Below are positions 1 to 14,300 of a DNA stretch of 64,000 nucleotides, piece by piece; position 1 is the stretch's first letter; the number at the start of each line of letters is the position of its first letter. The position numbers and the translations under genes are program-made. The notes below the pieces were generated by a model. The model saw only the letters and a list, made by a program, of their open reading frames with translations. It was not told the DNA's origin and made no database searches. Source of the DNA: Somniosus microcephalus (Eukaryota); contig JBMRGM010000036.1 in NCBI GenBank assembly GCA_052327205.1, forward strand, positions 33,046,001 through 33,110,000, written 5' to 3'.

Positions 1-789
1 AGACTGGTATCAGTGACGACACTGAGCAGTGAACCGAAGAACGTACATGATCTGAGCTGTCCAGGAATCGAGGCAGTAGGTTGCATATACCATAGACTGG
101 ATGAATGTTGCGTGCCCTTGTTGATACGTGAGATAATGCAGATTGTGAGTGTTTAGAAATTAAGGAATGTTTAGTTCGATGTAAAAATATTGGCAGGGAA
201 GGTGTTAGAAAGGCAGGGAGAGGCAGCCATGCTGTGAAGAGCAAAGGAGGAGAGGACTGGATGCACCGATTTGGATACGTTCACTAGAAATCTCTAGAGA
301 TCCACGCCTCCGGCAGTGGTTGAAACCAATCAGATGGTTCACTGAAAACAAAGGGCTGCTTTGATAGAGAATGGACGAAAACTCAAGGGCTTTAATTCCG
401 ACATCTTTGCTTTTATATATCAGTTAATTTCTTCCCGTGAGATTAGAAGTCGCTATTAATGATTCATTTATTCCGCGGTTTCCACTGGTGCTGTGCTGAG
501 GACGGATGATGATTGTTCTGCTAGTGGTATCTTATTCAATTATTCAATTCGATTCGTCTTGGCTTGGCCCGTGCAATCCTACAATTTGGGGTAATTGATC
601 AATTGATAGAACGCCCTCCATGGACGCTTTCATCAACTAGACTAAATCCATCCCCTGCAGAAATGCGGCCAATGGAATTCCCTTTAGACCGAGACGTTTC
701 GCTGTGAATTCACAGATTTTGTTTTAGGCCTCCAGGATGTTGATAGTTGCCGATTCGCCGATGGTAATGTCCTTAATTGTAAAGGGGAG

Positions 790-1036
790 GTGATGAGACT
801 CTTGTGGTGGAGTTGGTCATTGCCTGGCACTTGAGTTGCACGAAAGTTACTTGCCACTTATCCGGCCAAACCTGGATGTTTTCCAGTTATTGCTTCATAC
901 AGGGATGGATTCCTTCATTTATGGTGGAATTTGGAATGGAGCTGAACACTGTGCAATCATCAGAGTTCAGCCCCAATATGAGGGCTGGCCATTGAAGTAT
1001 CACTTAACGATAGTTGGCCCCAGGGTGCTGCCATGA
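790..1036 (-). mobile_element. Decayed CR1/L2-group LINE reverse-transcriptase fragment in the A-B intron (repeated in every unit, e.g. ~5190-5447, 9605-9862, 14020-14275, 18430-18690, 44780-45030, 51110-51347, 56445-56700, 63495-63748)
   Basis: The minus strand reads as a degraded QGSVLGPTIF...FADD...QAWADKWQV...CQAMTIS segment (here HGSTLGPTIV...KWQVTFVQLKCQAMT). The plus-strand ORFs here are its antisense. Confidence 0.65.
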
Positions 1037-1293
1037 AGCCAACATAGTTGTACCATAAGATGCTGTTCTCTTATTATTTAATGCATTAATTGAAAATCAT
1101 ACAGCAAATTAATTTATCACAGATGTATCTCAGAGCAGTACTTCAAATGTTTTTTACATGGGCATAGGACAGATTTTCAGCGTCACTATGGAATACTGCT
1201 TATATTGTTGGGTTGCTCAGAATAGAGTTAATCAAAATAGCCAATCGTATAACTCATTTAATATTATAAGACTCACCCATATATGTTGCATAC

Positions 1294-1454
1294 CTCATGA
1301 TCTGTTTCAGTAAAAACCTTTACATCAAAAAGCGTCTGACTAACATCCTCCAGGAATTCTTCAATTGAATGTTCTAGTCTCTGCCGGTCGCTCTCGATAA
1401 TTCTGCGCAGCTGGATATCCGGGTCTCTCTCCGGAATTGGTAAGGTTTCCGTAT
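1294..1454 (-). CDS. Exon A (N-half of CARD-like death-fold domain), copy A1
   Basis: tttacaatcag|AT...GAG|gtatgc; 161 nt, phase 1-0, open: DTETLPIPERDPDIQLRRIIESDRQRLEHSIEEFLEDVSQTLFDVKVFTETDHE. Confidence 0.75.
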
Positions 1455-2339
1455 CTGATTGTAAAGTCAAGTTGTAAATGAGAACAGACTAAAATACTGT
1501 GCTACTTTTGAAGCAATGTTTAGTTTGAATTAACTGCTAGAGCAACAGCGTTTTGTAAAGCTTTTCAATCAGTGACACTGCAAATGGCGCCTCACAGCGA
1601 GGAATTAAAAATTTACGCTATCACTTTTTGGCTTATTTAGGAGGAACGAAGCAGGCTTTGCAATCTTCGGAGGTATCTGAAGTAAGTAAGAAGTAGAAAG
1701 ATGGGGGCACTTAGGGACAGTGTCATTGGGATTGACATCTTTGCCTGGGGTGCGGAGTCGAAGAACCGATACAGTGGAGACCACAGCGAGGGAGAGGTGT
1801 TTAACAGAAATGATGTTAAGACTGTAAGGATAAGGTGGGCGGGGCCGTTGATTTGGTTAAAGTTTAATAGGACAATTTTTCATTATATCCGTTTCGGATA
1901 AGACAGGAATATATGTCAGTGACCAAACGGTTTACGGATAAGTGGAACATAGGGTGAATTATTGAATCAAGCAATAGAGCTGTGGACAAGCTGGAGATTA
2001 TAATGTGCTATGCCAGACGGTCCTTTGCGGATTCGAGTCTAAATCACACAAAAGCTTTGATAAAGTAGCAGCAAATATTCATATGGAAGGGCAAGTCCAG
2101 AAAAATAATGTATAATTGTTCCTGACGGTGATCTGAGACTCCAGGTTAGCTTTAATTCTTTGGAATCAGCAGATGCTGCTGATCAATTAGACATAGTCGT
2201 GACTTTCACATGTTTGCCCATGTAGAATTTCATCCTCACAGACAAAGTTAAAATAAGGTTTTCGCGATAAATAGTGAACATTATTTCTCTAACAGTAAAC
2301 ACGATCTTTAGCAAATTAAATTACTTTCTAAACCTGTAC

Positions 2340-2511
2340 CTCTGTTCTGTTTTTCTGAAAGAATCACTTTCTGTTGGTGTTTGATGTTCTGCAGTTCATG
2401 AAATATGCTCCAGATTTGTCTTTCCCCCCGAGCTCCCTTTTCTAGCACAGTATCGAAAATATATCGAGATGCATCTTTTCTGCAGTGTCTTTCAACAAGG
2501 GTTCTGATTGT
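2340..2511 (-). CDS. Exon B (C-half of CARD-like domain), copy B1
   Basis: tttttag|ACA...AGAG|gtacag; 172 nt, phase 0-1, open: TIRTLVERHCRKDASRYIFDTVLEKGARGERQIWSIFHELQNIKHQQKVILSEKQNR. The distal donor is removed by a 24-bp deletion. Confidence 0.7.
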
Positions 2512-2619
2512 CTAAAAAATGAAATCATATTGAGCCAAGTAACACAATAATCAGATAATGAACGTCGTTTCTCTTTCTCCCTCTCTTTGTGAGATGAATG
2601 AATAGAAAATCTCACAATC

Positions 2620-2810
2620 GTGTGACCAGAAGCTTGCTCAAAGTTGTCAGATTTAAGGAGCTTCTTAAAGGAGAGAATTAGTGAAGGGAGTTCAGAGCTT
2701 AGGGCCGAGACAGCTGAAGGCTCTGCTGCCAATGGTGAAGCGAAGAAAATCGGAGAGGAGCAAATGCCCAGAAATGGATGAGCACAGAGATCACAGAGAG
2801 TTGCAGAGAC
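2620..2810 (-). mobile_element. L2-type LINE 3' end fragment in the A-B intron (repeated in every unit)
   Basis: Minus strand GCCTTCAGCTG...CCCTAAGCTCTG...TCCTTTAAGAAGCTCCTTAAA...TTTGAGCAAGCTT matches the typical L2 ORF2 C-terminus (AFS...P.LWN.LP...SFK..LK..LF..AF). Confidence 0.6.
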
Positions 2811-5706
2811 AGAGAGATGCATTGTTCAGCTATTTAAGGAACCCCTTAACTACTCAGATGATAGATTCAAAAGGGTAAAGTTCTGAATAAAAGGGGGAAA
2901 GTTAATTTTGCAGGAATAGCATTCGAGAAAAACCAAGCATGATTGGTTGTTAATAAAAGTAATATTTTGGAAAGCTCACAACGTGGTTTCAGAAATTTAA
3001 ATTGCAGAAATTGAAAAACATAAATTTCTGCGTGAAATTGTTGGCCAGTAGCAGGAAAGGGGCTGATAGCACATCAGTGGCCCACTTTATACCGCGTCCG
3101 CTGTAATTCTATTTATTTCAATTAGTCTTTCATTCATTCCAAGTATCACCTTCATTTGTCGCAACAGCAGCAGAAGCTTATCAGTCACACCTTCATGCTC
3201 TATATGAACCATGTAGTTTTCATCTCTAAACTGCTATGTCCTTTGATTAATAGTTTTTTTAGGAGTTTATAAAATATGATAATTGTCTCTACTTCTGACA
3301 CCTGCCACTCATTCGTTTCATATATTTTGAACGTTTTAGATTCCATTTTATATTCTGCATGTTTCCTTGATTTGTTTTACTTAATCAGCCCTACTACACT
3401 ATATTTATTTTAAAATTTCATATTTAGTTCATTTGCTATGTACGACCAAGCAATTCTGGTTTGTGAATCACCTCTTTTATTCTCCTGAAATTTGTGTAAT
3501 GTCTATGGCAATCTCCTCCTATTTGGCAGATTCTTCTTGCTTCCCCGCGGCCTTTTCTTATCATTAACTTGCCAATATATTTGGGCTAGTACTTTAGTTT
3601 CGTTAAAGTTAGTTTTATTCTTGCAAAATTTCAATTGCTTTGATTGTCACGTTAACTATTAGAGTTTGTATGATTCCTAACGAGATCATATTTTCCTGGA
3701 TGTTCCCCTACCCTTAGATCATCTAATAGTCCCTCCCCGTTTCTAGAAATTGATCCAATATTCATTCCTTCCTTGTTGCCTAAAACCATAGTAATCTAAA
3801 CAACGTACCGGATAGGGTTCAAATACCATGCCCGTTCTCACCCACTTATGTTACTTCTATCCTTTGGATATTTAACGTCACCAACCTCTCTTTTACTGTT
3901 TTTGCTGCACTTTCTCCATTTTTTCTCTATTTATCTACGTCGATCCATTTCTGAATTTTCAATGGATTGTAATAGCTCCTTTATTATTCTGTAACCCCAA
4001 ACGTATAGATTAATTTTGCGAAGCATTCCTTGTATCAGTCCTGACTTTCCCTGCTGCAATTGAATCTTTTAATTATAACTTTTCCCACTTTTTTAAAAAC
4101 GTTATGCCCCATTAATGTTTACTAAAATGAAAATTTAGCTCCTAATTCTGTCCTTACATAAGCGAGATAGCTATTAATATCTGTACATCTAAATTTATAG
4201 CCTAACCCCAGAAAAGCTGCGCATTCAACTAAGCAGCTATATTCGGAATAATTTGTAAATACATGTGTGAGGTAATTGTAGAAGGTGATTTGGAAAAGCG
4301 AGCATATGTATATTATACATGCGTCTAGAGGTTGTTTTAAAGTAATGGGGAATTATGGCAGACTTGACGTCAGACGATGATGACTGGGGAGAGGCTAGTA
4401 TTATTGACGACACTGAGCAGTGAACCGAAGAATGTACATAATCTGAGCATCCGAGGAATCGAGGCGGTAGGTTGCATATACCATAGAATGGATGAATGTT
4501 GCGAGTCATTGGTGATACGAGAGATAATGCAGATTGTGAGTGTTTAGAAATTAAGGAAGTGTTTAGTTCGTTGTAAAAATAGTGGCAGGGAATGTGTTCG
4601 AAAGGCAGAGAGAGGCAGCCATGCTGTGAAGAGCGAAGGAGGAGAGGACTGGACGAACCGATTTGGATACGTTCACTAGAAATCTCTAGCGATCCACACC
4701 ACCAGCTGTGGTTGAAACCAATTAGATGGTTCACTGAAAACAAAGGGCTGCTTTGATAGAGAATGGACGGAAATTCAAGAGCATGAATTCCGACACGTTA
4801 GCTTTTAAAGATCAGTTAATTTCTTCACGTGAGATTAGAAGTATGTCGCTATAAATGTTTTCTTTATTCCGGGGTTTCCACTGCTGCTGTGCTGAGGACG
4901 GATGATGATTGTTCTGCTAGAGGTATCTTATTAACTTATTCATTTCGATTCGTCATGGCTTGGCCCGTGCAATCCTACAATTTGGGGTAATTGATCAATT
5001 GATAGAACGCCCTCCATGTGCGCTTTCAGAAACTAGACTAAACCCATCCCCTGCAGAAGTGCGGCCATTGGAATTCCCGTTAGACCGAGACGTTTCGCTG
5101 TGAATTCACAGATTTGGTTTTAGTCCTGACCTCCAGGATGTTGAGAGTTGCCGATTCGCCGATGGTAATGTCCTTAATTGTAAAGGGGAGGTGATGAGAC
5201 TCTGTCGTGGTGGAGATGGTCATTGCCTGGCACTTGAGTTGCACGAACGTTACTTGCCAGTTATCTGGTCAAACCTGGATTTTGTCCAGGTATTGCTTCA
5301 TACAGGGATGGATTACTTCATTTATGGTGGAATTTGGAATGGAGCTGAACACTGTGCAAACATCAGAGGTCAGCCCCAATACTGACATTATGAGGGCTGG
5401 CCCTTGATGTATCACTTAACGATAGTTGGGCCTAGGGCGCTGCCATGAAGCAAACATAGTTGTACCATAAGATGCTGTTCTGTTATTATTTAGTGCATTA
5501 ATTGATAATTATACAGAAAATTAATTTACCACAGAGGTATCTCAGAGGAGTTCTTCAAATGTTTTTTTACATGGGCATAGGACTGATTTTCAGGGTCACT
5601 ATGGACTACTGCTTATATTGATAGGTTTCTCGGAATGAAGTTAATCAAAATAGCCAATCATATAACTCATTTAATACTATAAGATTCACCCATATATGTT
5701 GCATAC

Positions 5707-5867
5707 CTCATGATCTCTTTCAGTTAACACCTGTACATCAAAAAGCGTCTGACTAACATCCTCCACGAATTCTTCAATTGCATGTTCTACTCTCTGCCGG
5801 TAGCACTCGATAAATCTCCGCAGCTGGATGTCCGGGTCGCTCTCCAGAATTGGTAGGGTTTCAGTAT
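5707..5867 (-). CDS. Exon A copy A2 (CARD-like N-half)
   Basis: ttcag|AT...GAG|gtatgc; 161 nt open: DTETLPILESDPDIQLRRFIECYRQRVEHAIEEFVEDVSQTLFDVQVLTERDHE. Confidence 0.75.
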
Positions 5868-6757
5868 CTGAATGTAAAGTCAAGTTGTAAATGAGAACAG
5901 ACTAAAATACTGTGCTACATTTGAAGCAATGTATAATTTGAATTAACTGTTAGAGCAAAAGCTTTTAGTGAAGCTTTTCAATCAGTCACACTGCATATGG
6001 CGTCTCACAGCGAGGAATTAAAAATCAACGCTATCTCTTTTTTGCTTATTTAGCAGGAACCACGCAGGCCTTGCAATATTCGGAGGTTTCTAATGTAAGT
6101 AAGAATTAGAAAGATGGGGCCCTTAGGGACAGTGTCGTTGAGATTGACATCTTTGACTGGGGTGTGGAGCAGAAGAACCGATACACTGGAGACCACATCG
6201 AGGGAGAGGTGTCCAACAGAAAAGATGCGACGACTTTAGGGATGAGGTGGGCATGCCCGTAGATTTGGTTAAATTTTAAGGACAATTTTTCATAATATCC
6301 GTTTCGGATCAGATAGGAATATATGTCCGTGACCAAAAGATTTATGGATAAGTGGAACAGAGGGTGAAATATTGATTCAAGCAATAGAGCTGTGGACAAG
6401 CTGGAGATTATAACGAGCTACGCCAAATGGTCATTTGTGGAATCGAGTCTAAATCACACAAAAGCATGGATAAATTAGCAGCAAATATTCATATGGAAGT
6501 GCAAGCCCAGAAAAATAACGTATAATTGGTCCTGACGGTGATCTGAAACTCCAGGTTAGACTTAATTCGTTGGAATCAGCAGATGCTGTTGAGCAATTAG
6601 ACATAGTCGTGACATTCACGTGTTTGAACATGTACAATTTCATCCTCACAGGTTTACGCGATAAATAGTGAACATTGTTTCTCCAACAGTAAACACGATC
6701 TTTTGCAAGTTAAATTTGGACACCACATGCCTTCCAAATTACTTTCTAACCCAGTAC

Positions 6758-6929
6758 CTCTGTTATGTATTTCTGAAAGAATCGCTTTCTGTTGGCGTTT
6801 GGTGTTCTGCAGTTCATGAAATATGCTCCAGATTTGTCTTTCCCCCCGAGCTCCCTTTTCCAGCACAGTATCGAAAATATATCGAGATGCATCTTTTTTG
6901 CAGTGGCTTTCAACAAGGGTTCTGATTGT
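6758..6929 (-). CDS. Exon B copy B2 (CARD-like C-half)
   Basis: tttttag|ACAATC...AGAG|gtactg; open: TIRTLVESHCKKDASRYIFDTVLEKGARGERQIWSIFHELQNTKRQQKAILSEIHNR. An alternative in-phase AAG|gcatgt site would end the exon at 6731. Confidence 0.7.
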
Positions 6930-9900
6930 CTAAAAAATGAAATCATTTTGAGCCAAGTAACACAATAATCAGATGGTGAACCTCGTTTCTCTTTCTCCCT
7001 CTCTTTGTGAGATGAATGAATAGAAAATCTTACAATCGTGTGACCAGAAGCTTGCTCAAAGTGGTCAGGTTTAAGGAGCTTCTTAAAGGAGAGAATTAGC
7101 GAAGGGATTTCAGAGCTTAGAGCTGAGACAGCTGAAGTCTCTGCTGCCAATGATGAGGCGAAGAAAATCGGAGAGGAGCAAATGCCCAGAAATGGATAAG
7201 CACAGGGATCACAGAGAGTTGCAGAGACAGAGAGGTGCATTGTTCAGCTATTTAAGGAACATCTTAACTACTCAGATGATAGATTGAAAAGGGTAAAGTT
7301 CTGAATAAAAGGGGGAAAGTCAATTTGGCAGGAATAGCATTCGAGAAAAAACAAGCATGATTGGTTGTTAATAAAAGTAATATTTTGGAAAGCTTACAAC
7401 GTGGTTTCAGAAACTTAAATTGCAGAACTTGAAAAACGTAAATTTCTGTGTAAAATTGTTGGCCAGTAGCAGTAAAGGGGATGATAGCGCATCGGTGGCC
7501 CACTTTATATCGCGTCCGATGTTCATTCTATTTACTTCAATGAGCCTTTCATTCATTCCAAGTATCACCTTCATTGGTCGCAACAGCAGCAAAAGCTTAT
7601 TTGTCACACCATCATGCTCTATATGAACCTTGCAGTTTTCATCTCTAAACTCCTATGTCCTTTGATTAATAGTTTTTTTAGGAGTTTATGAAATATGATA
7701 ATTGTCTCTACTTCTGACACCTGCAGCCATTCGTTTCATATATTTTGAACGGTTTCGATTGCAATTTATATTCTGCATGTTTCCTTGATTTGTTTTACTT
7801 AATCAGCCCTACTACACCATAATTATTTTAAAATTACATTTTTAGTTCATTTTCTATGCACGACGAAGCCATTCTCGTTTGTGCAGCACATCTTTTATTC
7901 TCCTGTAATTTGTGTACTTTCTATGGGAACCTTCTCCTATTTGGCAGATTCTTCTTGCTTCTCCGTGGCCTCTTATCATTAACGTGCCAATATATTTGGG
8001 CTAGTACTTTTGTTTCGTTAAAATTTGTTTTATTCTTTTAAAATGTAATTGCTTTGATTGTCACGTTTACTATTAGAGTTCGTATGAATCCTAATGACAT
8101 CATATTTTCCTGGACGTTCCCCTACCCTTATATCATCAAATAGTCCCTCCCCGTTTCTAGAAATTGATCCAATATTCATTCCTTCCTTGTTGCCTAAAAC
8201 TGTTGTAATCTAAACAACGTACCGGACAAGCTTCAAATACCATGCCCTTTCTCACCCACTTTTGTTAATTCTGTCCTTTGGAGAGTTAACGTCACCAATC
8301 TCTCTTTTACTGTTTTTGCTGCACTTTCTCAATTTTTTCTCTATTTATCTACGTCAATCAATTTCCCAATTTTCAATGGAATGTAATAGCTCCTTTATTA
8401 TTCTGTAACCTCAAACGTATAGAAATAATTTTGCGAAGCATTCCTTATATCAGTCCTGACTATCCCTGCTGCTGTTGAATCTTTTAATTATACCTTTTCC
8501 CTGTTTTCTTTAAAACTTTAGGCCCCATTAATGTTAAGTAAAATGACAATTTAGCTCCTAATTCTGTCCTTACATAAGCGAGATAGCTATTAATATCTGT
8601 ACATCTTAATTTATAGCCTATCCCCAGAAAAGCTGCGCATTCAACTAAGCAGCTATATTCGGAATACTTTGTATATACATGTGTGAGCTAATTGTAGAAG
8701 GTGATTTGGAAAAGCGAGCATATGGATATTATAGATGCGTCCTGAGATTGTTTTAAAGTAATGGGGAATTATGGCAGACTTGACGTCAGACGATGATGAC
8801 TGGGGAGAGGCTAGTATTATTGACGACACTGAGCAGTGAACCGAAGAACGTACATGATCTGATCTGGCCAGGAATCGAGGCAGTAGGCTGCATATACCAC
8901 AGAATGGATGATATTTGCGAGTCATTGGTGATACGAGAGATAATGCAGGTTGTGAGTGTTTAGAAATTAAGGAAGTGTTTAGTTCGATGTAAAAATAGTG
9001 GCAGGGAAGGTGTTGGAAAGGCAGAGAGAGGCAGCCATGCTGTGAAGAGCGAAGGAGGTGAGGACTGGACGAACCGATTTGGATACGTTCACTAGAAATC
9101 TCCAGAGATCCACACCACCGGCTGTGGTTGAAACCAATCAGATGGTTCACTGAAAACAAAGGGCTGCTTTGATAGAGAATGGACGGAAATTCAAGAGCTT
9201 GAATTCCGACACTTCAGCTTTTAAATATCAGTTAATTTCTTCACGTGAGATTAGAAGTATGTCGCTATAAATGATTTATTTATTCCGGGTTTCCACTGCT
9301 GCTGTGCTGAGGACGGATGATGATTGTTCTGCTAGAGGTATCTTATTAACTTATTCATTTCGATTCGTCACGGCTTGGCCCGTGCAATCCTACAATTTGG
9401 GGTAATTGATCAATTGATAGAACGCCCTTCACGTGCGCTTTCAGAAACTAGACTAAACACGTCCCCTGCAGAAGTGCGGCCATTGGAATTCCCGTTAGAC
9501 CGAGACGTTTCGCCGTGAATTCACAGGTTTGCTTTTAGTCCTGACCTCCAGGATGTTGAGAGTTGCTGATTCGCCGATGGTAATGTCCTTAATTGTAAAG
9601 GGAAGGTGATGAGACTCTCTCGTGGTGGAGATGCTCATTGCCTGGCACTTGAGTTGCACGAACTTTACTTGCCATTAATCTGGTCAAACCTGGATTTTGT
9701 CCAGATATTTCTTCATACAGGGATGGATTACTTCATTTATGGTGGAATTTGGAATGGAGCTGAACGCTGTGCAATCATCAGAGTTCAGCCACAATGCTGA
9801 CCTTATGAGGGCTGGCTATTGAAGTATCACTTAACGATAGTTGGGCCTAGGGCGCTGCCATGAAGCAAACATAGATGTACCATAAGGTGCTGTTCGCTTA

Positions 9901-10120
9901 TTATTTAATGCATTAATTGAAAATTATACAGCAAATTAATTTACCACAGATGTATCTCAGAGGAGTACTTTAAATGTTTTTTACATGGGCATAGGACTGA
10001 TTTCCCGCGTCACTATTGACTACTGCTTATATTGTTAGGTTGCTCGGAATAGAGTTAATCAAAATAGCCAATCGTATAACTCATTTAATACTATATGATT
10101 CACGCATATATGTTGCATAC

Positions 10121-10281
10121 CTCATGATCTGATTCAGTTAGCACCTTTACATCATAAAGCGTCTGACTAACATCCTCCACGAATTCTTCAATTGAATGTT
10201 CTAGTCTCTGCCGGTAGCACTCGATAAATCTCCGCAGCTGGACATCCGGGTCGCTCTCCAGAATTGGTAGGGGTTCAGTAT
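10121..10281 (-). CDS. Exon A copy A3 (CARD-like N-half)
   Basis: ttcag|AT...GAG|gtatgc; 161 nt open: DTEPLPILESDPDVQLRRFIECYRQRLEHSIEEFVEDVSQTLYDVKVLTESDHE (absent from the ORF track because it has no start codon). Confidence 0.75.
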
Positions 10282-11161
10282 CTGAATGTAAAGTCAGATT
10301 GTAAATGAGAACAGACTAAAATACGGTGCTACCTTTGAAGCAAAGTATAATTTGAATTAACTGCTCGAGCAACAGCGTTTAGTAAAGCTTTTCAATCAGT
10401 GACACTGCAAATGGCGCCACACAGTGAGGAATTAAAAATTAACGCTGTCTCTTTTTGGCTTATTTAGGAGGAACGACGCAGGCCTTGCAATATTCGGAGG
10501 TGTCTAATGTAAGTAAGAAGTAGAAAGATGGGGGCCCTTAGGGACAGTGTCATTGAGATTGACATCTTTGCCTGGTGTGCGGAGCAGGAGAACCGATACA
10601 CTGGAGACCACAGCGAGGGAGAGGTGTCTAACAGAAAAGATGTTAAGACTGTAGGGATAAGGTGGGCGGGGCCGTAGATTTGGTTAAAGTTTAAGGACAA
10701 TTTTTCATAATATCCGTTTCGGATAAGATAGGAATATATGTCAGTGACCAAATGGTTTACGGATAAGTGGAACAGCGGGTGAATTATTGAATCAAGCAAT
10801 AGAGCTGTGGAAAAGCTGGAGATTATAATGAGCTACGCCAAATGGTCGTTTGCGGAATCGAGTCTAATATAAACAAAAGCATGGATAAAGTAGCAGCTAA
10901 TATTCATATGGAAGTGCAATTCCAGAAAAATAACGTATAATTGTTCCTGACGGTGATCTGAGACTCCAGGTTAGACTTAATTCGTTGGAATCAGCAGATG
11001 GTGTTGAGCAATTAGACATAGTCGTGACTTTCACATGTTTGCCCATGTAGAACTTCATCCTCACAGACAAAGTTAAAATAAGGTTTTCGCGATAAATAGT
11101 GAACATTGTTTCTCCAGCAGTAAACACGATCTTTTGCAAGGTAAATTTGGACACCACATAC

Positions 11162-11360
11162 CTTCCAAATTACTTTCTAACCCAGTCCCTCTGTTATGTA
11201 TTTCTGAAAGAATTGCTTTCTGTTGGCGTTTGGTGTTCTGCAGTTCATGAAATATGCTCCAGATTTGATTTTCCCCCCGAGCTCCCTTTTCCAGCACAGT
11301 ATCGAAAATATATCGAGATGCATCTTTTCTGCAGTGTCTTTCAACAAAGGTTCTGATTGT
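11162..11360 (-). CDS. Exon B copy B3 (CARD-like C-half, long form)
   Basis: ttttag|ACAATC...GAAG|gtatgt; 199 nt, phase 0-1, open: TIRTFVERHCRKDASRYIFDTVLEKGARGENQIWSIFHELQNTKRQQKAILSEIHNRGTGLESNLE. Confidence 0.75.
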
Positions 11361-14300
11361 CTAAAACATGAAATCATATTGAGCCAACTAACACAATAAT
11401 CAGATAATGAACGTTGTTCAACTTTCTCCCTCTCTTTGTGAGATGATTGAATATAAAATCTCACAATCGTGTGACCAGAAGCTTGCTCAAAGTGGTCAGA
11501 TTTAAGGAGCTTCTTAAAGGAGAGAATTAGCGAAGGGATTTCAGAGCTTAAGGCCGAGACAGCTGAAGGCTCTGCAGCCAATGGTGAGGCGAAGAAAATC
11601 GGAGAGGAGCAAATGCCCAGAAATGGATGAGCACAGAGATCACAGAGAGTTGCAAAGACAGAGAGGTGAAATGTTCAGCTATTTAAGGAACCTCTTAACT
11701 ACTCAGATGATAGATTGAAAAGGGTAAAGTTCTGAATAAATGTGCGAAAGTCAATTTGGCAGGAAAAGCATTCGAGAAAAAACAAGTATTATTGGTTGTT
11801 AATAAAAGTAATATTTTTGAAAGCTCACAACGTGGTTTCAGAAACTTAAATTGCAGAAATTGAAAAACATAAATTTCTGTGAAATTGTTCGCCAGTAGCA
11901 GGAAAGGGGTTGATAGCGAATCGGTGGCCCATTTTATACCTGATGTTCAATCTATTTAGTTCAATGAGCCTTTCATTCATTCCAAGTAACACCTTCATTG
12001 GTCGCAACAGCAGCAAAAGCTTATCCGTCACACCTTCATGCTCTATATGAACCATGTAGTTTTCATCTCTAAACTGCTATGTCCTTTGATTAATAGTTTT
12101 TTTAGCAGTTTATGAAATATGATAATTGTCTCTACTTCTGACACCTGCCACTCATTCGTTTCATATATCTTGAACGATTTCGATTCCATTTTATATTCTG
12201 CATGTTTCCTGGATTTGTTTTAATTAATCCGCCCTACTACCCTATATTTATTTTAAAATTTCATTTTTAGTTCATTTTCTATGCACGACCAAGCAATTCT
12301 CGTTTGTGCAGCTCATCTTTTATTCTCCTGAAATTTGTGTCATTTCTATGGCAATCTTCTCCTATTTGGCAGATTCTTCTTGCTTCTCCGTGGCCTTTTT
12401 TTTTCATTAACGTGCCAATATATTTGGTCTAGTACTTTAGTTTCGTTAAAATTATTTTTATTCTTGTAAAATGTAATTTTTTTCCATTGTCACTTTAAGT
12501 ATTAGAGTTCGTATGATTCCTAACGAGATCATATTTTCCTGGATGTTCCCCTACCCTTAGATCATCTACTAGTCCCTCCCTGTTTCTATAAATTGATCAA
12601 ATATTCATTCCTTCCTTGTTGCCTAAAACCGTAGTAACCTAAACAAGGTACCAGACAGGCTTCAAATACCATGCCCTTTCTCACACACTTATGTTACTTC
12701 TATCCTTTGGAGAGTTAACGTCACCAATCTCTCTTTTACTGTTTTTGCTGCACTTTCTCCATTTTTTCTCTATTTATCTACGTCGATCCATTTCCCAATT
12801 TTCAATGGATTGTAAGAGCTCCATTATTATTCTGTATCCCTAAACGTATAGATTAATTTTGCGAAGCATTCCTTATATTAGTCCTGACTTTCCCTGCCGC
12901 AATTGAATCTTTTAATTATACCTTTTCCCTGTTTTCTTTAAACTTTATGCCCCATTAATGTTTAGCAAAATGACAGTTTAGCTCCTAATTCTGTCCTTAC
13001 ATAAGCGAGATAGCTATTAAAATCTGTACATCATAATTTATAGCCAATCCCCAGAAAAGCTGCGCATTTAAATAAGCAGCTATATTCGGAATGCTTTGTA
13101 TATCCATGTGTGAGGTAATTGTAGAAGGTGATTCGCAAATCGAGCATATGGATATTATAGATGCGTCCAGAGATTGTTTTAAAGTAATGGCGAATTATGG
13201 CAGTCTTGACGTCAGACGATGATGACTGGGGAGAGGCTAGTATTATTGACTACACTGAGCAGTGAACCGAAGAACATACATGGCCAGGAATCGAGGCAGT
13301 AGGCTGCATATACCATAGAATGGATGATATTTGCGAGTCATTGGTGATACGAGAGATAATGCAGATTGTGAGTGTTTAGAAATTAAGGAAGTGTTTAGTT
13401 CGATGAAAAATAGTGGCACGGAAGGTGTTGGAAAGGCAGAGAGAGGCAGTCATGCTGTGAAGAGCGAAGGAGGTGAGGACTGGATGCGCTAATTTGGATA
13501 CATTCACTCGAAATCTCTAGAGATCCACACCACCGGCAGTGGTTGAAACCAATCAGATGGTTGACTGAAAACAAAGGGCTGCTTTGATAGAGAATGGACG
13601 GAAACTCAAGGGCTTTAATTCCGACACTTTAGCTTTTAAATATCAGTTAATTTCTTCACGTGGGATTAGAAGTATGTCACTATAAATGTTTTTTATTCCG
13701 GGGTTTCCACTGCTGCTGTGCTGAGGACGGATGATGATTGTTCTGCTAGCGATATCTTATTAACTTATTCATTTCGATTCGTCTTGGCTAGGCCCGTGCA
13801 ATCCTACAATTTGGGGTAATTGATCAATTGATAGACGCCCTGCATGTGCGCTTTCAGAAACTAGACTAAACCCATTCACTGCAGAAATGCGGCCACTGGA
13901 ATTCCCTTTAGACCGAGACGTTTTGCTGTGAATTCACAGATTTGGTTTTAGTCCTGACCTCCAGGATGTTGAGAGTTCCCGATTCGCCGCTGGTAATGTC
14001 CTTATTTGTAAAGGGGAGTTGATGAGACTCTCTCGTGGTGGAGATGGTCATTGCCTGGCACTTGAGTTGCACGAACGTTACTTGCAACTTATCTGGTCAA
14101 ACATGAATTTCGTCCAGATATTGCTTCATACAGGGATGGATTACGTCATTTATGGTGGAATTTGGAATGCAGCTGATCACTGTGCAATCATCAGAGTTCA
14201 GCCCCAAGAATGACCTTATAAGGGCTGGTCATTGAATTATCACTTAACGATAGTTGGGCCTAGGGCGCTGCCATGAAGCAATCATAGATGTACCATAAGA

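Noticed and set aside
804-1036. Plus-strand 63-66 aa ORFs recurring in every unit
   Set aside because: Antisense of a decayed LINE RT fragment.
1620-1690. Plus-strand mini-exon-like motif (tttggcttatttag...gtaagt) in each unit
   Set aside because: No partner exons or coherent frame; the donor is altered in some copies, and recurrence is explained by duplication.
4237-4743. 168-aa minus-strand ORF repeated at 8653 and 17480
   Set aside because: No recognisable domain; broken by deletions in the 13080-13570 unit and in the older copies. Its persistence reflects recent duplication of intron sequence.
6746-7240. 164-aa ORF (also 2442, 11177, 15573, 53848)
   Set aside because: Off-frame read through an L2 fragment and exon B; the conserved frame is the spliced exon B frame.
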